Shown: positions 1-9,325 of the stretch, one piece after another
Position numbering within the stretch: position 1 is the first letter of the stretch
Layout of the letters: each line of letters starts with the position of its first letter
Origin: Candidatus Aldehydirespirator sp.
Lineage (GTDB): Bacteria; Actinomycetota; Acidimicrobiia; Acidimicrobiales; Aldehydirespiratoraceae
Direction of reading: 5' to 3'
NCBI GenBank assembly: GCA_965203575.1
Contig: OZ241894.1
Coordinates: 2,380,322-2,444,321 of the forward strand
Length of the DNA stretch: 64,000 bases
Translations under genes and position numbers: made by a program
The notes under the pieces: model-generated
What the model was told of the DNA's origin: nothing
Databases searched by the model: none
The model's input: the letters and a program-made list of their open reading frames with translations, nothing else

Positions 1-243
1 GGCCTTCAGTCTGTCATTGCTGAATCTGTAGTTCCTCTGGTTCCACGAGTCGACTTCATACTCCTCTTGTATTCGGTACAGGTTGCGCCATGCAAAGTCG
101 TGCCTCCAACAGCCTTCCTTGAGCGGAGCCTTCGGGGCGAACGGCGTCAATGGAATGTACTCGTTGCCCCAGCCCGTGATTGCTTGAACCGGGCCTGCAA
201 GCCACCTAGGAGACTGCTGAATAATGCCGATTTCGCGCGACAC
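1..243 (-). CDS. edge-truncated CDS (5' part only), prokaryotic phospholipase A2-like
   Basis: Hand translation of minus strand from GTG at 243: VSREIGIIQQSPRWLAGPVQAITGWGNEYIPLTPFAPKAPLKEGCWRHDFAWRNLYRIQEEYEVDSWNQRNYRFSNDRLKA..., runs off the left edge. C-x-RHDF-x-(Y/W)-RN resembles the catalytic motif of Streptomyces-type secreted PLA2. Absent from ORF track because truncated. Locally lower GC. Confidence 0.4.
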   Translation of the reverse strand, partial: MSREIGIIQQSPRWLAGPVQAITGWGNEYIPLTPFAPKAPLKEGCWRHDFAWRNLYRIQEEYEVDSWNQRNYRFSNDRLKA

Positions 244-485
244 GCAAGCCTCTGACCTAGGGTTTTGTGGATCCGAAACGACCGTTTGGGGACATAATCA
301 ACAGTCTCCTAGGAGACTGCTGAGCAACTGGTGTGTGGTCGGGGCTGGGCTGGGCCGGTTGGGTTGGTGTGCGGGTCGGGGGTGTTGTGGCCGGTGCGGG
401 CTGGGGTCCGCGGCGTTGCCGCGGGGGTTCAGATGGTGAAGGCGCCGTTGGTGTGGGTAACCTGCTCCAGATCGAGTGGCGGCGC

Positions 486-1811
486 TCACGACGGGCTGCC
501 GCCCAGAGCTAGCCGTTTGCCGGTCCCGTGGGCGCCGCCCACGGTCAGCGCGAAGTCCGCGTCGAACACGAAGTCCGCGTCGTCCCACGCGCCGTCCAAC
601 ACGCGCAACAGGAACCCGACCTGGAATCCCGTGTAACCGTTGGCTGGGAGCCGGTCTATCGGCGTGTACCCCCACCGGGGCCAGCCGTCCTCGTAGACAC
701 CCACTTCGATCGACTGATACGGGACCAGCTCGCGCGCGTCGAGCACCCTGTCGTCGGCGTCCAGCCAGGTCAGATAGACCCTCAGGTCATCGATCGTCAC
801 GCTGCGGACCTCCTCTGCGATGCTGGGATGAGAGGTGGGCACATACAAATTGACCGAAGTCACAAAGTACTGCCCCCAGTCGTCGTCATGTAGGCCCTCA
901 GGCACCTCGATCAAGAAGGCCGGCAGACGGTGCTGCGCGTCGCTCCAGTGCTCGCCCCAAGTCCCCGGAAGCCCGCTGATATGAAGAGACCGCTTCGGGT
1001 CGGGCTCGGGCACGAACCGCGCGGCGACCTCGAAGCTGATCGAGGCGGGATCGCTGGGTCCCTGGTAGCCCTCGATCACAAACGGAGCCACCTCGGTGGG
1101 CTGCAGCGTCAACGGGAACACCCAGCGCCCCTCGCCCACCGACACCGTCACACCGCGCGCGAACAGCCTGTCGGACATGTTCTGCACCAGCCCGCGCACC
1201 ACACCGCCGCGCACCAGCACCGAGTCCCTGCGCACCGCCACCTCGTCTCTGTGCCCCTCCAGTTCGTAGCGATCCGGCCAGCGCTTAGAACCCAACTCGA
1301 AGAACAAGCCGCCGGGCTCGAACTGGAACCTCAACGGCCCCGGCAGGTCGGCCGGAGCCTCATCGACGGGCCCGCCGGGGTCCTCAGCTTCGCCGGGCGC
1401 GGCGTCCCCGCCGTCGACGGCCCTTTCAGACTCTGTCGGCTCCGACCCGTCGCCGGGGCCGGGCTCCACATCGGGCAGCTCGGACCCGTGGTCGACGACG
1501 ACCCTCTCGAACACCGGCAGCTCCGCACCGTCGGCGGGGTCGGGCTCCATGTCGTCGGCGGGGTCGGGCTCCATGTCGTCGGCGGGCTCCTGCCAGCGGT
1601 CGGCAGGTTCCTGCCCGCCGTCGGGCTCGAAGCCGTCGGGCTGCGCCTGCGGCGGCGCGATCGCCGCAGGCTCCCGCTGGGGGGCCTCGCGGCCGCAGCC
1701 GAACGCCACCACCATCACCGCCGCCGCCACGGTCGCCGCTGCCCGCGCCAGCACCCGCCCCAGCGGACGGGGACTCGCAATGCCCTCCGGGCAGCCGCCG
1801 GGCCGTCTCAT
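486..1811 (-). CDS. hypothetical secreted lipoprotein with acidic repeat region
   Basis: Long ORF (track 486..1979). Internal Met at 1811 precedes a signal peptide with lipobox (VMVVAFGC), then a D/E/P-rich linker (MEPDPADD x2). Same strand and directly downstream of the large secreted protein gene. Confidence 0.6.
   Translation of the reverse strand: MRRPGGCPEGIASPRPLGRVLARAAATVAAAVMVVAFGCGREAPQREPAAIAPPQAQPDGFEPDGGQEPADRWQEPADDMEPDPADDMEPDPADGAELPVFERVVVDHGSELPDVEPGPGDGSEPTESERAVDGGDAAPGEAEDPGGPVDEAPADLPGPLRFQFEPGGLFFELGSKRWPDRYELEGHRDEVAVRRDSVLVRGGVVRGLVQNMSDRLFARGVTVSVGEGRWVFPLTLQPTEVAPFVIEGYQGPSDPASISFEVAARFVPEPDPKRSLHISGLPGTWGEHWSDAQHRLPAFLIEVPEGLHDDDWGQYFVTSVNLYVPTSHPSIAEEVRSVTIDDLRVYLTWLDADDRVLDARELVPYQSIEVGVYEDGWPRWGYTPIDRLPANGYTGFQVGFLLRVLDGAWDDADFVFDADFALTVGGAHGTGKRLALGGSPS
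1531..1578. repeat. perfect 24-bp tandem duplication inside the lipoprotein CDS
   Basis: tcggcggggtcgggctccatgtcg occurs at 1531-1554 and 1555-1578, with a partial third copy after; encodes the MEPDPADD repeat on the minus strand. Confidence 0.9.
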
Positions 1812-1894
1812 CCCGTCACGTCCGCATATCTCATCACGCCTGCACCGTCGGGTGCCCAAGAAGCTCGTCGCGGGCCGTTGCGCATCGGGGGTCC

Positions 1895-4800
1895 TCACAC
1901 CCGATGCCAGCGGCACGGCCCCGGCGCTGCGCAGGTCTTGATGTAGAGCACTCTGTTGTCCACTGTGCCCTCGAACCATCCGTGGCCGTCGCCCAGCGTC
2001 GAGTCTCGGGCGTACTGGTTGGCGGGCACGCCGCGTATCAGCGTCGCGTCGTAGCCGGTCCCGGTGCCGGTCTCGCCTATGTCCGCGGCCGGGAACGCCG
2101 CGTACTTGGTGCCGTCGGTGTCGGTGAACGACACGAAGCCCGACGGCAGGGGGGTTATGTCATAGCAGTCGCCGTCACCGCCGCCGAGTTTCTCCCTGCA
2201 CTTGTCAGCCCACTTCCTGCCCTTGGAGTCTTCGCCGGTGGCGATCCTGCCGTCGGGGTGATAGTCCGTCGGGTCTCCCTCGGCGTTGGCGATGTCATAC
2301 CAGTAGCAGTCGAACTCGCCGCCGTCTGTGCCCCATCGGCACTTGCGGTCCTGAACCCCGCCGTCCACATCCGAGCCCGGCATCCGCTGGATCCACAGCG
2401 AGTCGTTCTCCTCGTCATATATGTCCGCGGCCTTCGGAGCGCAATAGTCGCGCTCCGGATCCTCCCCCGACGCTTTCCTTCCCGCGCACGCAAGCCATGT
2501 GCCAAGGGTGTCCTTCAGGCTCTGCTTGCCGCATAGCCCGGGGAGGAGATGGTCCGCGATCTCCGGGGCCACGATGGCGACATTGGCCCGCTCGGCATGG
2601 TTCCTGGTCAATACCGGATCCCAGATGTCCAGCTGCCACGGTCCCACGCCGGGGCTCCAGTGCGCTTTGGGCTCGCCCTTCTGGGTGCCCCGCGAGAAGA
2701 GATGTTTGCTCTTGGTGTTGGTGAAGACCGAGTCCCAGCGCGACAGGTCCATCAGCGACGGATTCTCACGCCGCAGCTCGCGCAGAGGTATGGCCAGCAT
2801 GTATGAGGCGAGCATGTTGGCTGTGACCGGATCAGTGTCACGGCTGACGCACATCCTCAGGTCATCATCTGTGCCGGCCCGGGCCGCGGCCACAGCTCCG
2901 CTGGAGGCGGAGAGCACGCCGTCGACCATTGCATCGGTGTACTTGAAGCGCGTCTGGGTGCTTGTGGTCGTCGTGGTCTGGGCTGCGGTGACGGTGAGGG
3001 TGAAGCCGCCGGTGGTCTGTTCCTCGCGGTGGGTGGTCTCGATGGTGTAGGTGCCAACGGGGAGGTTCTCGACCGAGATCCGGGGGTTGGCGCCGATGGC
3101 TTGTAGCGATTCGGCGGTGCTGCCGGGCGGGTGCAGCAGGTCCAGGTAGGCGGCGTCGGTGTTGTCGTCGGGGGTCAACTCGATGGTGACGTCGGAGGCG
3201 GTTGTGAGGGTGAGGGTGTAGCTCATGGCGTAGTAGGGTGTGCTCTTGTTGCCGCGCTGGTTTGATGTGCATGCGGTTGTCCACTGGCCGCGGCGGGGGA
3301 CGCCCGACGCGGTGACGGCCAGCGGCTCGGCGCATGTCTGCTGCGTCTGGTCTCGCGCCGCGGGATCCCGCACGGTGAATGTGGCTCCCTCGACGCTGCG
3401 TTTGAGCCGCGGGTGGGTGCAGTAGACGTAGACCCTGATCTTTCCGACGGCCGCGGCTGTGACTGTGACGGTTCGCTCGGCGCCGGTCCGGGGGCTGGTC
3501 GAGACCCGGCTCGCTGTCCTGCCCAGCAGCAGGGCGCGGCATGAGGCGTCCGCGGGCGTGACCGTGAACGTGGCGGTCATCGCGCCGGGGCCTGTGCGCG
3601 AGCCGCCCACATAGCCTTCGATCAGCACCCTCTCCGGCACCACCGGCGTGGTCGTGGTCGTGGTGGGCGGCCTGGTCGTGGTGGGCGGCGTGGTCGTGGT
3701 GGGCGGCGTGGTCGTGGTGGTGGGCGGCGTGGTCGTGGTGGGCGGCACCGGCGTGGTCGTGGTCGTGGTGGTGGGGGGCGGGGGGTGGTCGCCGGAACAG
3801 CCCGTCGGTGCGGTTCCGCCGCCGTGGGCGTCGCGGTGTGCCTGAGTGTTTTGGACTCCCGGCGGGTGCGCGCCCGAGCCGTAGTCGGGGTTGTGGGCGT
3901 GCTCGCCGGCGGCGCAGCGCGCCGTGACGGTGAACGCGGCCGTGCGGGTCGTGTCGGCCCAGCCGCGAGCCGAGCACACCACCCGCACCACCACGGTGCC
4001 CGCGGCGGCGGCCTGCACCGTCACCGAGCGGCCGATCCTGGAGGTCCCGGCCACCGACACCGTCGCGGCCGGCCCCGAGGTCCGCCGCGCGGCGCACGTC
4101 GCCGAGTCGGGCTCCACCGTGAACGCGGAGGTGGCCGTGCCCGCGCCCGACGCGCCCGTGAGGCCATTGACCCTCACATAGGGCCTCGCTGTGTAGCTCG
4201 CAGTGGCGCTGGCGCTGGATCCGAGCCTGCAGGTGACTCTCACCCGGGCGGTGCCGGTGCCCGTCGTGGTGACCCTCAGCACCCGCCACGGCCCCGAGCC
4301 GCCGCTCACCGACACCCCCGCAGGCACCCCCGACAGCCGCCGCGCCGAACACGACGCCGCGCCGGGCGCCACCGTGAACACCTCGCTCATCGCGCCCGGG
4401 CCGTCGCGCGACGCGCCGTCGAGGCCGCCCACCGCCACCGCAGAGAACACCGCATCAGCGCTGCGGGGGCGGTAGCCCGCCCGCGAACAGGCCACCCGCA
4501 CCTTCACCGACCCCGCCGCCTCGCCGGTGTCCACGCTCAAGATGCGCAACCGGCCCGCGCCGTCGAACCACGACAGCGCCGCGGAGATCCCCGACACCCG
4601 CGACGCCGAACACGACGCATCCACAGGCGACACCGTGAACGCCCCCAACATCGTGCCCGCACCCGAACGCGACCTGCCGCCGAAACCGCCGACATCCACC
4701 GTCGTCGTGGGCCGCGCCGTCGTCGTGGGCCGCGCCGTCGTCGTGGGCCGCGCCGTCGTCGTGGGCCGCGCCGTCGTCGTGGGCCGCGCCGTCGTCGTCG

Positions 4801-5446
4801 TGGCCGTGGTCGTGGTCGTCGTGTGGGTGTGCTCCACCGGCTCAGCGGTCACATACCTGTAACAGGAGATGATCCGGCCGTAGCCGCCGCGGGTGTACCC
4901 GTCCGGGCACCGCGCCGTCGTGCGCGTCCTCCACGCGTCGACGGTCCTGTAGCAGCCCCTTCCGATCTTGCGGTACCCCGCCGAGCACACATAGCGGGTC
5001 TCAGTCACCGTGCGGGTGCGGCCCCTCACCCAACACCCCGACCCCGAAGAAACCGCCGTGCTGCAATAGCGGTGACCCCTGAAACTGCGCCAGAAGCCCT
5101 GCCGCACACACCCCGCCCGGGTCGCCAAATCGACGCACACCGTCTTGGTCGTGGTCACCTCGGTCGCGTCCACCCGCAGCGTGCGAGTGCACCTCGAACC
5201 CGACCGCACCCCGCCACAGACCCTCACAGTCTCAATGATCGGCACCCTGTACTGCTTCTTGCGGCAGCCCGAACCGCTCGGCGAAAAGCCCGCAGGGCAC
5301 CGCACATCGGCCGCCGCGGGCTCAGCGCCCGGCGCCAGACCCTCAGGAAGCCCCTCCGGCGGCGAGAACCCCGCCAAACCATACACCACCACCGACACCG
5401 CCAACCCCCACAACAGCGCCCGAACCCGCCCCAGCCGCGACATCAC
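1895..5446 (-). CDS. large (1183 aa) secreted multidomain protein: Cys-rich N-region, Thr/Pro linkers, four Ig-like repeats, PPC-like domain, C-terminal domain of unknown function
   Basis: N-terminal signal-like segment (LLWGLAVSVVVYGLAG). Four ~90-aa repeats sharing G(P/A)G(A/T)M..FTV.P..A.C.A.R.SG....V........V.V......G...VRV.C. Segment YTLTLTTASDVTIELTPDD...GTYTIET resembles pre-peptidase C-terminal (PPC) domains. C-terminal region has a ...PGVGPWQLD... motif faintly like lytic transglycosylases (weak). Confidence 0.75.
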   Translation of the reverse strand: MMSRLGRVRALLWGLAVSVVVYGLAGFSPPEGLPEGLAPGAEPAAADVRCPAGFSPSGSGCRKKQYRVPIIETVRVCGGVRSGSRCTRTLRVDATEVTTTKTVCVDLATRAGCVRQGFWRSFRGHRYCSTAVSSGSGCWVRGRTRTVTETRYVCSAGYRKIGRGCYRTVDAWRTRTTARCPDGYTRGGYGRIISCYRYVTAEPVEHTHTTTTTTATTTTARPTTTARPTTTARPTTTARPTTTARPTTTVDVGGFGGRSRSGAGTMLGAFTVSPVDASCSASRVSGISAALSWFDGAGRLRILSVDTGEAAGSVKVRVACSRAGYRPRSADAVFSAVAVGGLDGASRDGPGAMSEVFTVAPGAASCSARRLSGVPAGVSVSGGSGPWRVLRVTTTGTGTARVRVTCRLGSSASATASYTARPYVRVNGLTGASGAGTATSAFTVEPDSATCAARRTSGPAATVSVAGTSRIGRSVTVQAAAAGTVVVRVVCSARGWADTTRTAAFTVTARCAAGEHAHNPDYGSGAHPPGVQNTQAHRDAHGGGTAPTGCSGDHPPPPTTTTTTTPVPPTTTTPPTTTTTPPTTTTPPTTTRPPTTTTTTPVVPERVLIEGYVGGSRTGPGAMTATFTVTPADASCRALLLGRTASRVSTSPRTGAERTVTVTAAAVGKIRVYVYCTHPRLKRSVEGATFTVRDPAARDQTQQTCAEPLAVTASGVPRRGQWTTACTSNQRGNKSTPYYAMSYTLTLTTASDVTIELTPDDNTDAAYLDLLHPPGSTAESLQAIGANPRISVENLPVGTYTIETTHREEQTTGGFTLTVTAAQTTTTTSTQTRFKYTDAMVDGVLSASSGAVAAARAGTDDDLRMCVSRDTDPVTANMLASYMLAIPLRELRRENPSLMDLSRWDSVFTNTKSKHLFSRGTQKGEPKAHWSPGVGPWQLDIWDPVLTRNHAERANVAIVAPEIADHLLPGLCGKQSLKDTLGTWLACAGRKASGEDPERDYCAPKAADIYDEENDSLWIQRMPGSDVDGGVQDRKCRWGTDGGEFDCYWYDIANAEGDPTDYHPDGRIATGEDSKGRKWADKCREKLGGGDGDCYDITPLPSGFVSFTDTDGTKYAAFPAADIGETGTGTGYDATLIRGVPANQYARDSTLGDGHGWFEGTVDNRVLYIKTCAAPGPCRWHRV
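3647..3790. repeat. imperfect 18/21-nt periodic repeats encoding a (P)PTTTT linker
   Basis: Reiterated ggcgtggtcgtggtgggc-like units on the + strand; minus-strand translation is TTTTTTPVPPTTTTPPTTTTTPPTTTTPPTTTRPPTTTTTTP. Confidence 0.7.
4701..4790. repeat. five perfect tandem copies of an 18-bp unit (encodes ARPTTT x5)
   Basis: gtcgtcgtgggccgcgcc repeated exactly at 4701, 4719, 4737, 4755 and 4773; lies inside the 1895..5446 CDS. Confidence 0.95.
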
Positions 5447-6032
5447 GACTCACCAACCAACACAACCGCCGCTCGAACCGGACCCCCCGGCCCGCGGGGG
5501 GGGGGCGGACGCGGAGGCGGCGGCAGCCCACAGCCGCCGCCTCCCGGACGTGACGCTCGGTCCGGTTGTCGCCCGTATGCGGCCCGCCTGCGCTACCAGG
5601 ATCGCGCGCCTGCCGGACCGACGTGACGTTCACAGCGGCGTGCACCAGGCTCAACCTATACACCTTTCGCCTCAGCCACACGATCAACATATCATGCACA
5701 GTTCGACAAGTTCGACTGAATGAGACTATGAATGATCCTCTGAAACCGACGGACGCGGCAACCCACAGCCAGCACCGCCCCGCGCGACGCCGACGAGCGA
5801 CAACCACTCCGCCAAGCGTCCGGGTTGTCGGTACGCCCAAAGTGCGCGAGTATGGGTCGGGGTTTCCTTCCTTGACCGAGGCCGCGTGGGCCTCCGGTCA
5901 CCTAGCGGGGCGGTGGTGCGCACTACCGGGGGGAGGAGGTGCGCATCACCGCCACCGCCCGCGCTGCCCGCGCCTGCGTCGGCGCCCGCCGAGCAAGGTG
6001 ACCGCGCAGGGCCCGCCCGTGACCGGTGCCGA

Positions 6033-6452
6033 TCAGCTGGCGCGGTGCTGGTAGGCGGCGATCAGCATCATCAGGCTGGCGAGCACCAAGTGGAACACCG
6101 TCGGTATCCATGTGCTGAACCACCCGGAGTGAGACAGCACGCTCAGGCCGAGCACCAGCCGGACGGCCATCACCGCGAAGTAGACGCCCCCCGCGACGGT
6201 CACGGGCAGGATAAGTCGCCGGCTGATCAAGCTGCTGCCGCGGTGCATGCGGGCGACCACCACGACCAGGAGCACGAGTATGGCGATCTGCGCCGCGAGC
6301 AGCACGGGGTACGGCAGGCCGCTTCCCTGGAAGTCGTCGAAGGGCGGTAGGAACGACACCGGGGCCCACTTCTGAACAGCCTGGCTCACCACCCGGGCCA
6401 AGAACGCGACGCTCAGCCCGGCGGTGGCCCACATGAACCGACGCTGCGTCAT
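6033..6452 (-). CDS. small integral membrane protein (about 4 TM)
   Basis: Hydrophobic 139-aa ORF. Its start overlaps the stop of the upstream enolase-superfamily gene by 4 nt (6449-6452), suggesting co-translation. Confidence 0.6.
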   Translation of the reverse strand: MTQRRFMWATAGLSVAFLARVVSQAVQKWAPVSFLPPFDDFQGSGLPYPVLLAAQIAILVLLVVVVARMHRGSSLISRRLILPVTVAGGVYFAVMAVRLVLGLSVLSHSGWFSTWIPTVFHLVLASLMMLIAAYQHRAS

Positions 6453-7600
6453 GGCTGTTCGTTCAGGTGCTCGAGCCCGGGCGTGGCCTGTTCGTCGACG
6501 GTCAGCCCGAAGCCGCCGCGGTCGGTGTCGACCGCTTCGCCGGCCGCGAGCGCTCCGGCGGGGCCGAACATGATGGTGGGTGTCGCCAGATCGCGATCCA
6601 GCAGGTTGGTGCCGAATGCGCCCTCGGCCGCAAGCAGGCCCGGCCTGGCTGCCTGCATCACCGGCAAAGCGGCCCGTGCGAGGATGCTGGTCTCACCCAC
6701 CTGGCATCCGACGATCACACCGATTCCGAGTTCGGCCGCCCTCCCGACGACGTCCAGCGCGCGGATGACGCCGCCCATCTTCGACACCCGGACATTGGCG
6801 ATCCATCGATCCGGGTCGTCGGCGACTGCGTCGAGCTGGCCGGCCCGCAGCAGGCTCTCGTCGAGGATTATCCGGGTTCCGCACCCGCCCGACACCCGCC
6901 GGAACCCGTCGAGGTCGTCGGCCTGAAGCGGCTCCTCCACTGCGAACAGGTCGAGGCCTAGGCCGCCGATGTGGTCGACGCACACATCGGCGGACTGCCA
7001 GAGGTTGTTGGCGTCGATCCGCACCCGCAGGCCGTCGCTCGCAGTCGAGTCCCGGTCGGCGAGAGTTCTCATCTTCCGCCTGTCGCGGCGCAGGTTGCCC
7101 GACGCCTTGACCTTGAAATCGCGGAAACCGTCGGCGAGATAGCGGCGGCACTGCTGGCGGTAGACGAGCCAGGGCGAGTCGCCCAGCACGGCCGAGTACC
7201 GGAAATCGCCGGCTGGCCGGGCGATGTCCAGCAGGTCCTCGGTCGCCCGCCCCTCGACCTTGCCCACCAGGTCCAGGACGGCGAGTTCCACTGCGCAGAA
7301 CGCAGCCGGGTTGCGGTCGATCACCTCCCGGTGAGCGCCCATCCAGGCCTGCAGGCTCGCTACATCGGCGATTCCGCCCGCCATAGCCTCCCGGTGCTCG
7401 ACGACGAACGCGGCCGCGCCGTCGACGGTCTCACCGGTCACGTAGGGGCGGGGGCAGCTCTCGCCCCAGCCGGTGATCCCGTCCGGCCCGCGGGCGGCCA
7501 CGATCAGGTTGCGCGCTCTCCGACGACTCGCCGATGCGTGGCGGAACACCGTGCGGAAGGGCACGCTGAAGGTGAGCACGTCGAGCCGCTCGATTCGCAT
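6449..7600 (-). CDS. enolase-superfamily enzyme, MLE subgroup (N-acylamino-acid racemase / dipeptide epimerase / OSBS-like)
   Basis: FKVKASG (KxK), RIDANN, VEEP and ILDES metal-ligand motifs, and VSKMGG catalytic Lys motif, in the canonical order. Confidence 0.85.
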   Translation of the reverse strand: MRIERLDVLTFSVPFRTVFRHASASRRRARNLIVAARGPDGITGWGESCPRPYVTGETVDGAAAFVVEHREAMAGGIADVASLQAWMGAHREVIDRNPAAFCAVELAVLDLVGKVEGRATEDLLDIARPAGDFRYSAVLGDSPWLVYRQQCRRYLADGFRDFKVKASGNLRRDRRKMRTLADRDSTASDGLRVRIDANNLWQSADVCVDHIGGLGLDLFAVEEPLQADDLDGFRRVSGGCGTRIILDESLLRAGQLDAVADDPDRWIANVRVSKMGGVIRALDVVGRAAELGIGVIVGCQVGETSILARAALPVMQAARPGLLAAEGAFGTNLLDRDLATPTIMFGPAGALAAGEAVDTDRGGFGLTVDEQATPGLEHLNEQP

Positions 7601-7609
7601 ACCAGGTCC

Positions 7610-9325
7610 TCAGTCCGCGCGATCCGGTTCGACGAAGGCGTCGAAGTCGAAGGCGCAGTCGTGGCGGTACTGCACGTGCAGGTACTTGAACTGGGCGTCC
7701 CTCTGGCCCGCGGCCACCTGTGCACGCCGGTACTCCGCGCCCGTGCCGGGTCGCAGACCCCGCAGGACCATGGGTCCGAGCCGGCCGCTGGCCCTCTTGG
7801 CGCCGTACTCGATGTTCATTGCGCCCAGCCGGGAGTCGGCCTCGGCTGCGACCGCGCGGTGACTGTCCGCCTCCCGAGCGGGCGAACGCGCCTGCCCGTC
7901 CGATTGGTTGCTCGGCGCCGGCGTGACCTCGGCGTAGAGCGTGTAGCAGGCTGCGTCCACGTCGGCCAGAACGATGAAGAAGTCGGTCGTGAGGCCGTGC
8001 TCGCGCAGCGCTTCCGGAACGGCGTCGAGCACCTGGGCCTCGTGCAGCTTCTCGCCGGTGATACTGGTGATCCCGCTGCCCTTCTGCACGAACACCAGCG
8101 ACGGGGTTGCGCCCACCCACCCGGTGACCCTCACGATGTCGCTCATGTCGTAGCGGTAGAGCCCGTCGGGCGTGGTCACCACCACGTAGTAGTCGCGTCC
8201 CGCCTCCAGTTCGCTCATGGACAGCAACTCCGCCGCGCCGGCCTCCCACGCGTCCCGCTCGGCGAACTCGAAGAACGTGTCGTCCAGCGCCGGCAGGCAG
8301 GTGTTGGACGGTGGGTCGATGTTGATCGTGCCCTGCATCTCGCTGGCCACGTAACCGGCCTCCATCACCAGGCACGACTCCGGCAGCGAGGATCGGACGT
8401 TGGCGACAGCCACGCCGCAGCTGCCTCCCGTCCACGTCACCACGCCTTGGAGCCGGGGCCAGATGTCGCGGTAGGTGAGCCGGCCGTGGGCGTCCAACTG
8501 CTTCTGAAGCTGCGCGGCGCGGCCGCGGCGGGGCTCGAGGCCGGGATCCTCGGCGGGGTCGAGCAGAGCGGTCAGATGGTCGGGCAGCCGGCCGTCGGCC
8601 ACCGCGGGCAGGATCGTGTCGGCGTGCTCGTGCACCACGGTCAGCAGCCGCATGAGTGTGGAGGGGTTGGCGGTCCCGATCGAGGTCACCTCGGGGTCGG
8701 CCAGCCCCAGGACGGCCATGATGATGTAGCGGGACTCGTAGTCCTCGACCGTGTTGACAGATGACGGCAGCGTGTAGCGCCGCCTCAGCAGGCGGGGCTG
8801 GTTCTCCCGCAGCAGCCCGGTGGCCGATCCGTACGGCGTGCCCCCGGCCATGTGGCCCTCGACCCCGGCCCCACCCACCATGAACACCTTGCCCGACAGG
8901 ATCGGCGCGCTCTTGGACCACACATGGGTGGCCAGGCGCTGGTGGGTCTTGAGCCGCTTGAGGCCGGCCGCGGTGAGCGGGATGTTCTTGGGGTCACCGA
9001 GGGTGCCGCTGGTGCGGTTGTAGTACACGGGCTGCTCGGCGGTGAGGAGCTTCTCTCCGGTGAGCTCCTGGCGCTCAACATGTTGGCGGAGATCCTCATA
9101 GGTCTGCACCGGCACAGCCCGGCGGTAGTCGGCGACGGTGCGTATCGTCCCGAAGGAGTGGTCCGCGCCGAAAGAGGTACGAGAATTGGCGGCCAGGATT
9201 CGTTCCAGCAGTGCCCATTGGGGTTTCTCCGGGGCCTTTGCCGAGGCCAGGAAACGCCGCAGGCGGGGCTCCTGGCCGACAATCAGCGCGGCTCTGAGGG
9301 CGACATAGCCGGCATCCACCGGCAT
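7610..9325 (-). CDS. GH3-family acyl-acid amido synthetase-like adenylating enzyme
   Basis: NRTSGTLGDPKNIPLT (SGT-x-G-x-x-K-x-x-P adenylation motif), GGTPYGSATG and LYRYDMSDIVRVTG (YRxGD-like). Start taken at MPVDAGY (ATG 9325), which shares one base with the upstream stop (TGATG). The track's 806-aa N-terminal extension overlaps the hydroxylase gene and is rejected. Confidence 0.8.
   Translation of the reverse strand: MPVDAGYVALRAALIVGQEPRLRRFLASAKAPEKPQWALLERILAANSRTSFGADHSFGTIRTVADYRRAVPVQTYEDLRQHVERQELTGEKLLTAEQPVYYNRTSGTLGDPKNIPLTAAGLKRLKTHQRLATHVWSKSAPILSGKVFMVGGAGVEGHMAGGTPYGSATGLLRENQPRLLRRRYTLPSSVNTVEDYESRYIIMAVLGLADPEVTSIGTANPSTLMRLLTVVHEHADTILPAVADGRLPDHLTALLDPAEDPGLEPRRGRAAQLQKQLDAHGRLTYRDIWPRLQGVVTWTGGSCGVAVANVRSSLPESCLVMEAGYVASEMQGTINIDPPSNTCLPALDDTFFEFAERDAWEAGAAELLSMSELEAGRDYYVVVTTPDGLYRYDMSDIVRVTGWVGATPSLVFVQKGSGITSITGEKLHEAQVLDAVPEALREHGLTTDFFIVLADVDAACYTLYAEVTPAPSNQSDGQARSPAREADSHRAVAAEADSRLGAMNIEYGAKRASGRLGPMVLRGLRPGTGAEYRRAQVAAGQRDAQFKYLHVQYRHDCAFDFDAFVEPDRAD

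Noticed and set aside
3647-4800. Regularly spaced short repeats that might suggest a CRISPR-like array
   Set aside because: The units are contiguous (no spacers), have 18/21-nt periodicity, and lie inside a long ORF encoding Thr/Pro linkers. They are coding tandem repeats, not CRISPR.
2865-5626. Long ORFs 2865..4352 (-, other frame) and 3785..5626 (+, 613 aa) overlapping the big secreted-protein gene
   Set aside because: R/P/G/H-rich low-complexity translations typical of off-frame or antisense reading of high-GC coding DNA. The 1183-aa frame has a signal peptide, domain repeats and coherent composition.
5447-6032. Possible gene or RNA in the 590-bp gap upstream of the secreted-protein gene (for example ORF 5566..6054; tandem agttcgac-a-agttcgac at 5700-5716; G10 at 5496-5505)
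   Set aside because: The ORF translation is unconvincing (R/P-rich, no motif). The 8-nt tandem motif and the homopolymer are within chance expectation for this composition: roughly one or more G/C runs of 10 or longer are expected per 64 kb at about 35% G and 35% C. Noted only as promoter-region context.
6971-8921. ORFs 6971..8764 (+, 597 aa) and 7431..8921 (-, 496 aa)
   Set aside because: Antisense or off-frame to the enolase-superfamily and GH3 genes, which carry clear catalytic motifs; the translations are Arg/Gly/Pro-rich junk.
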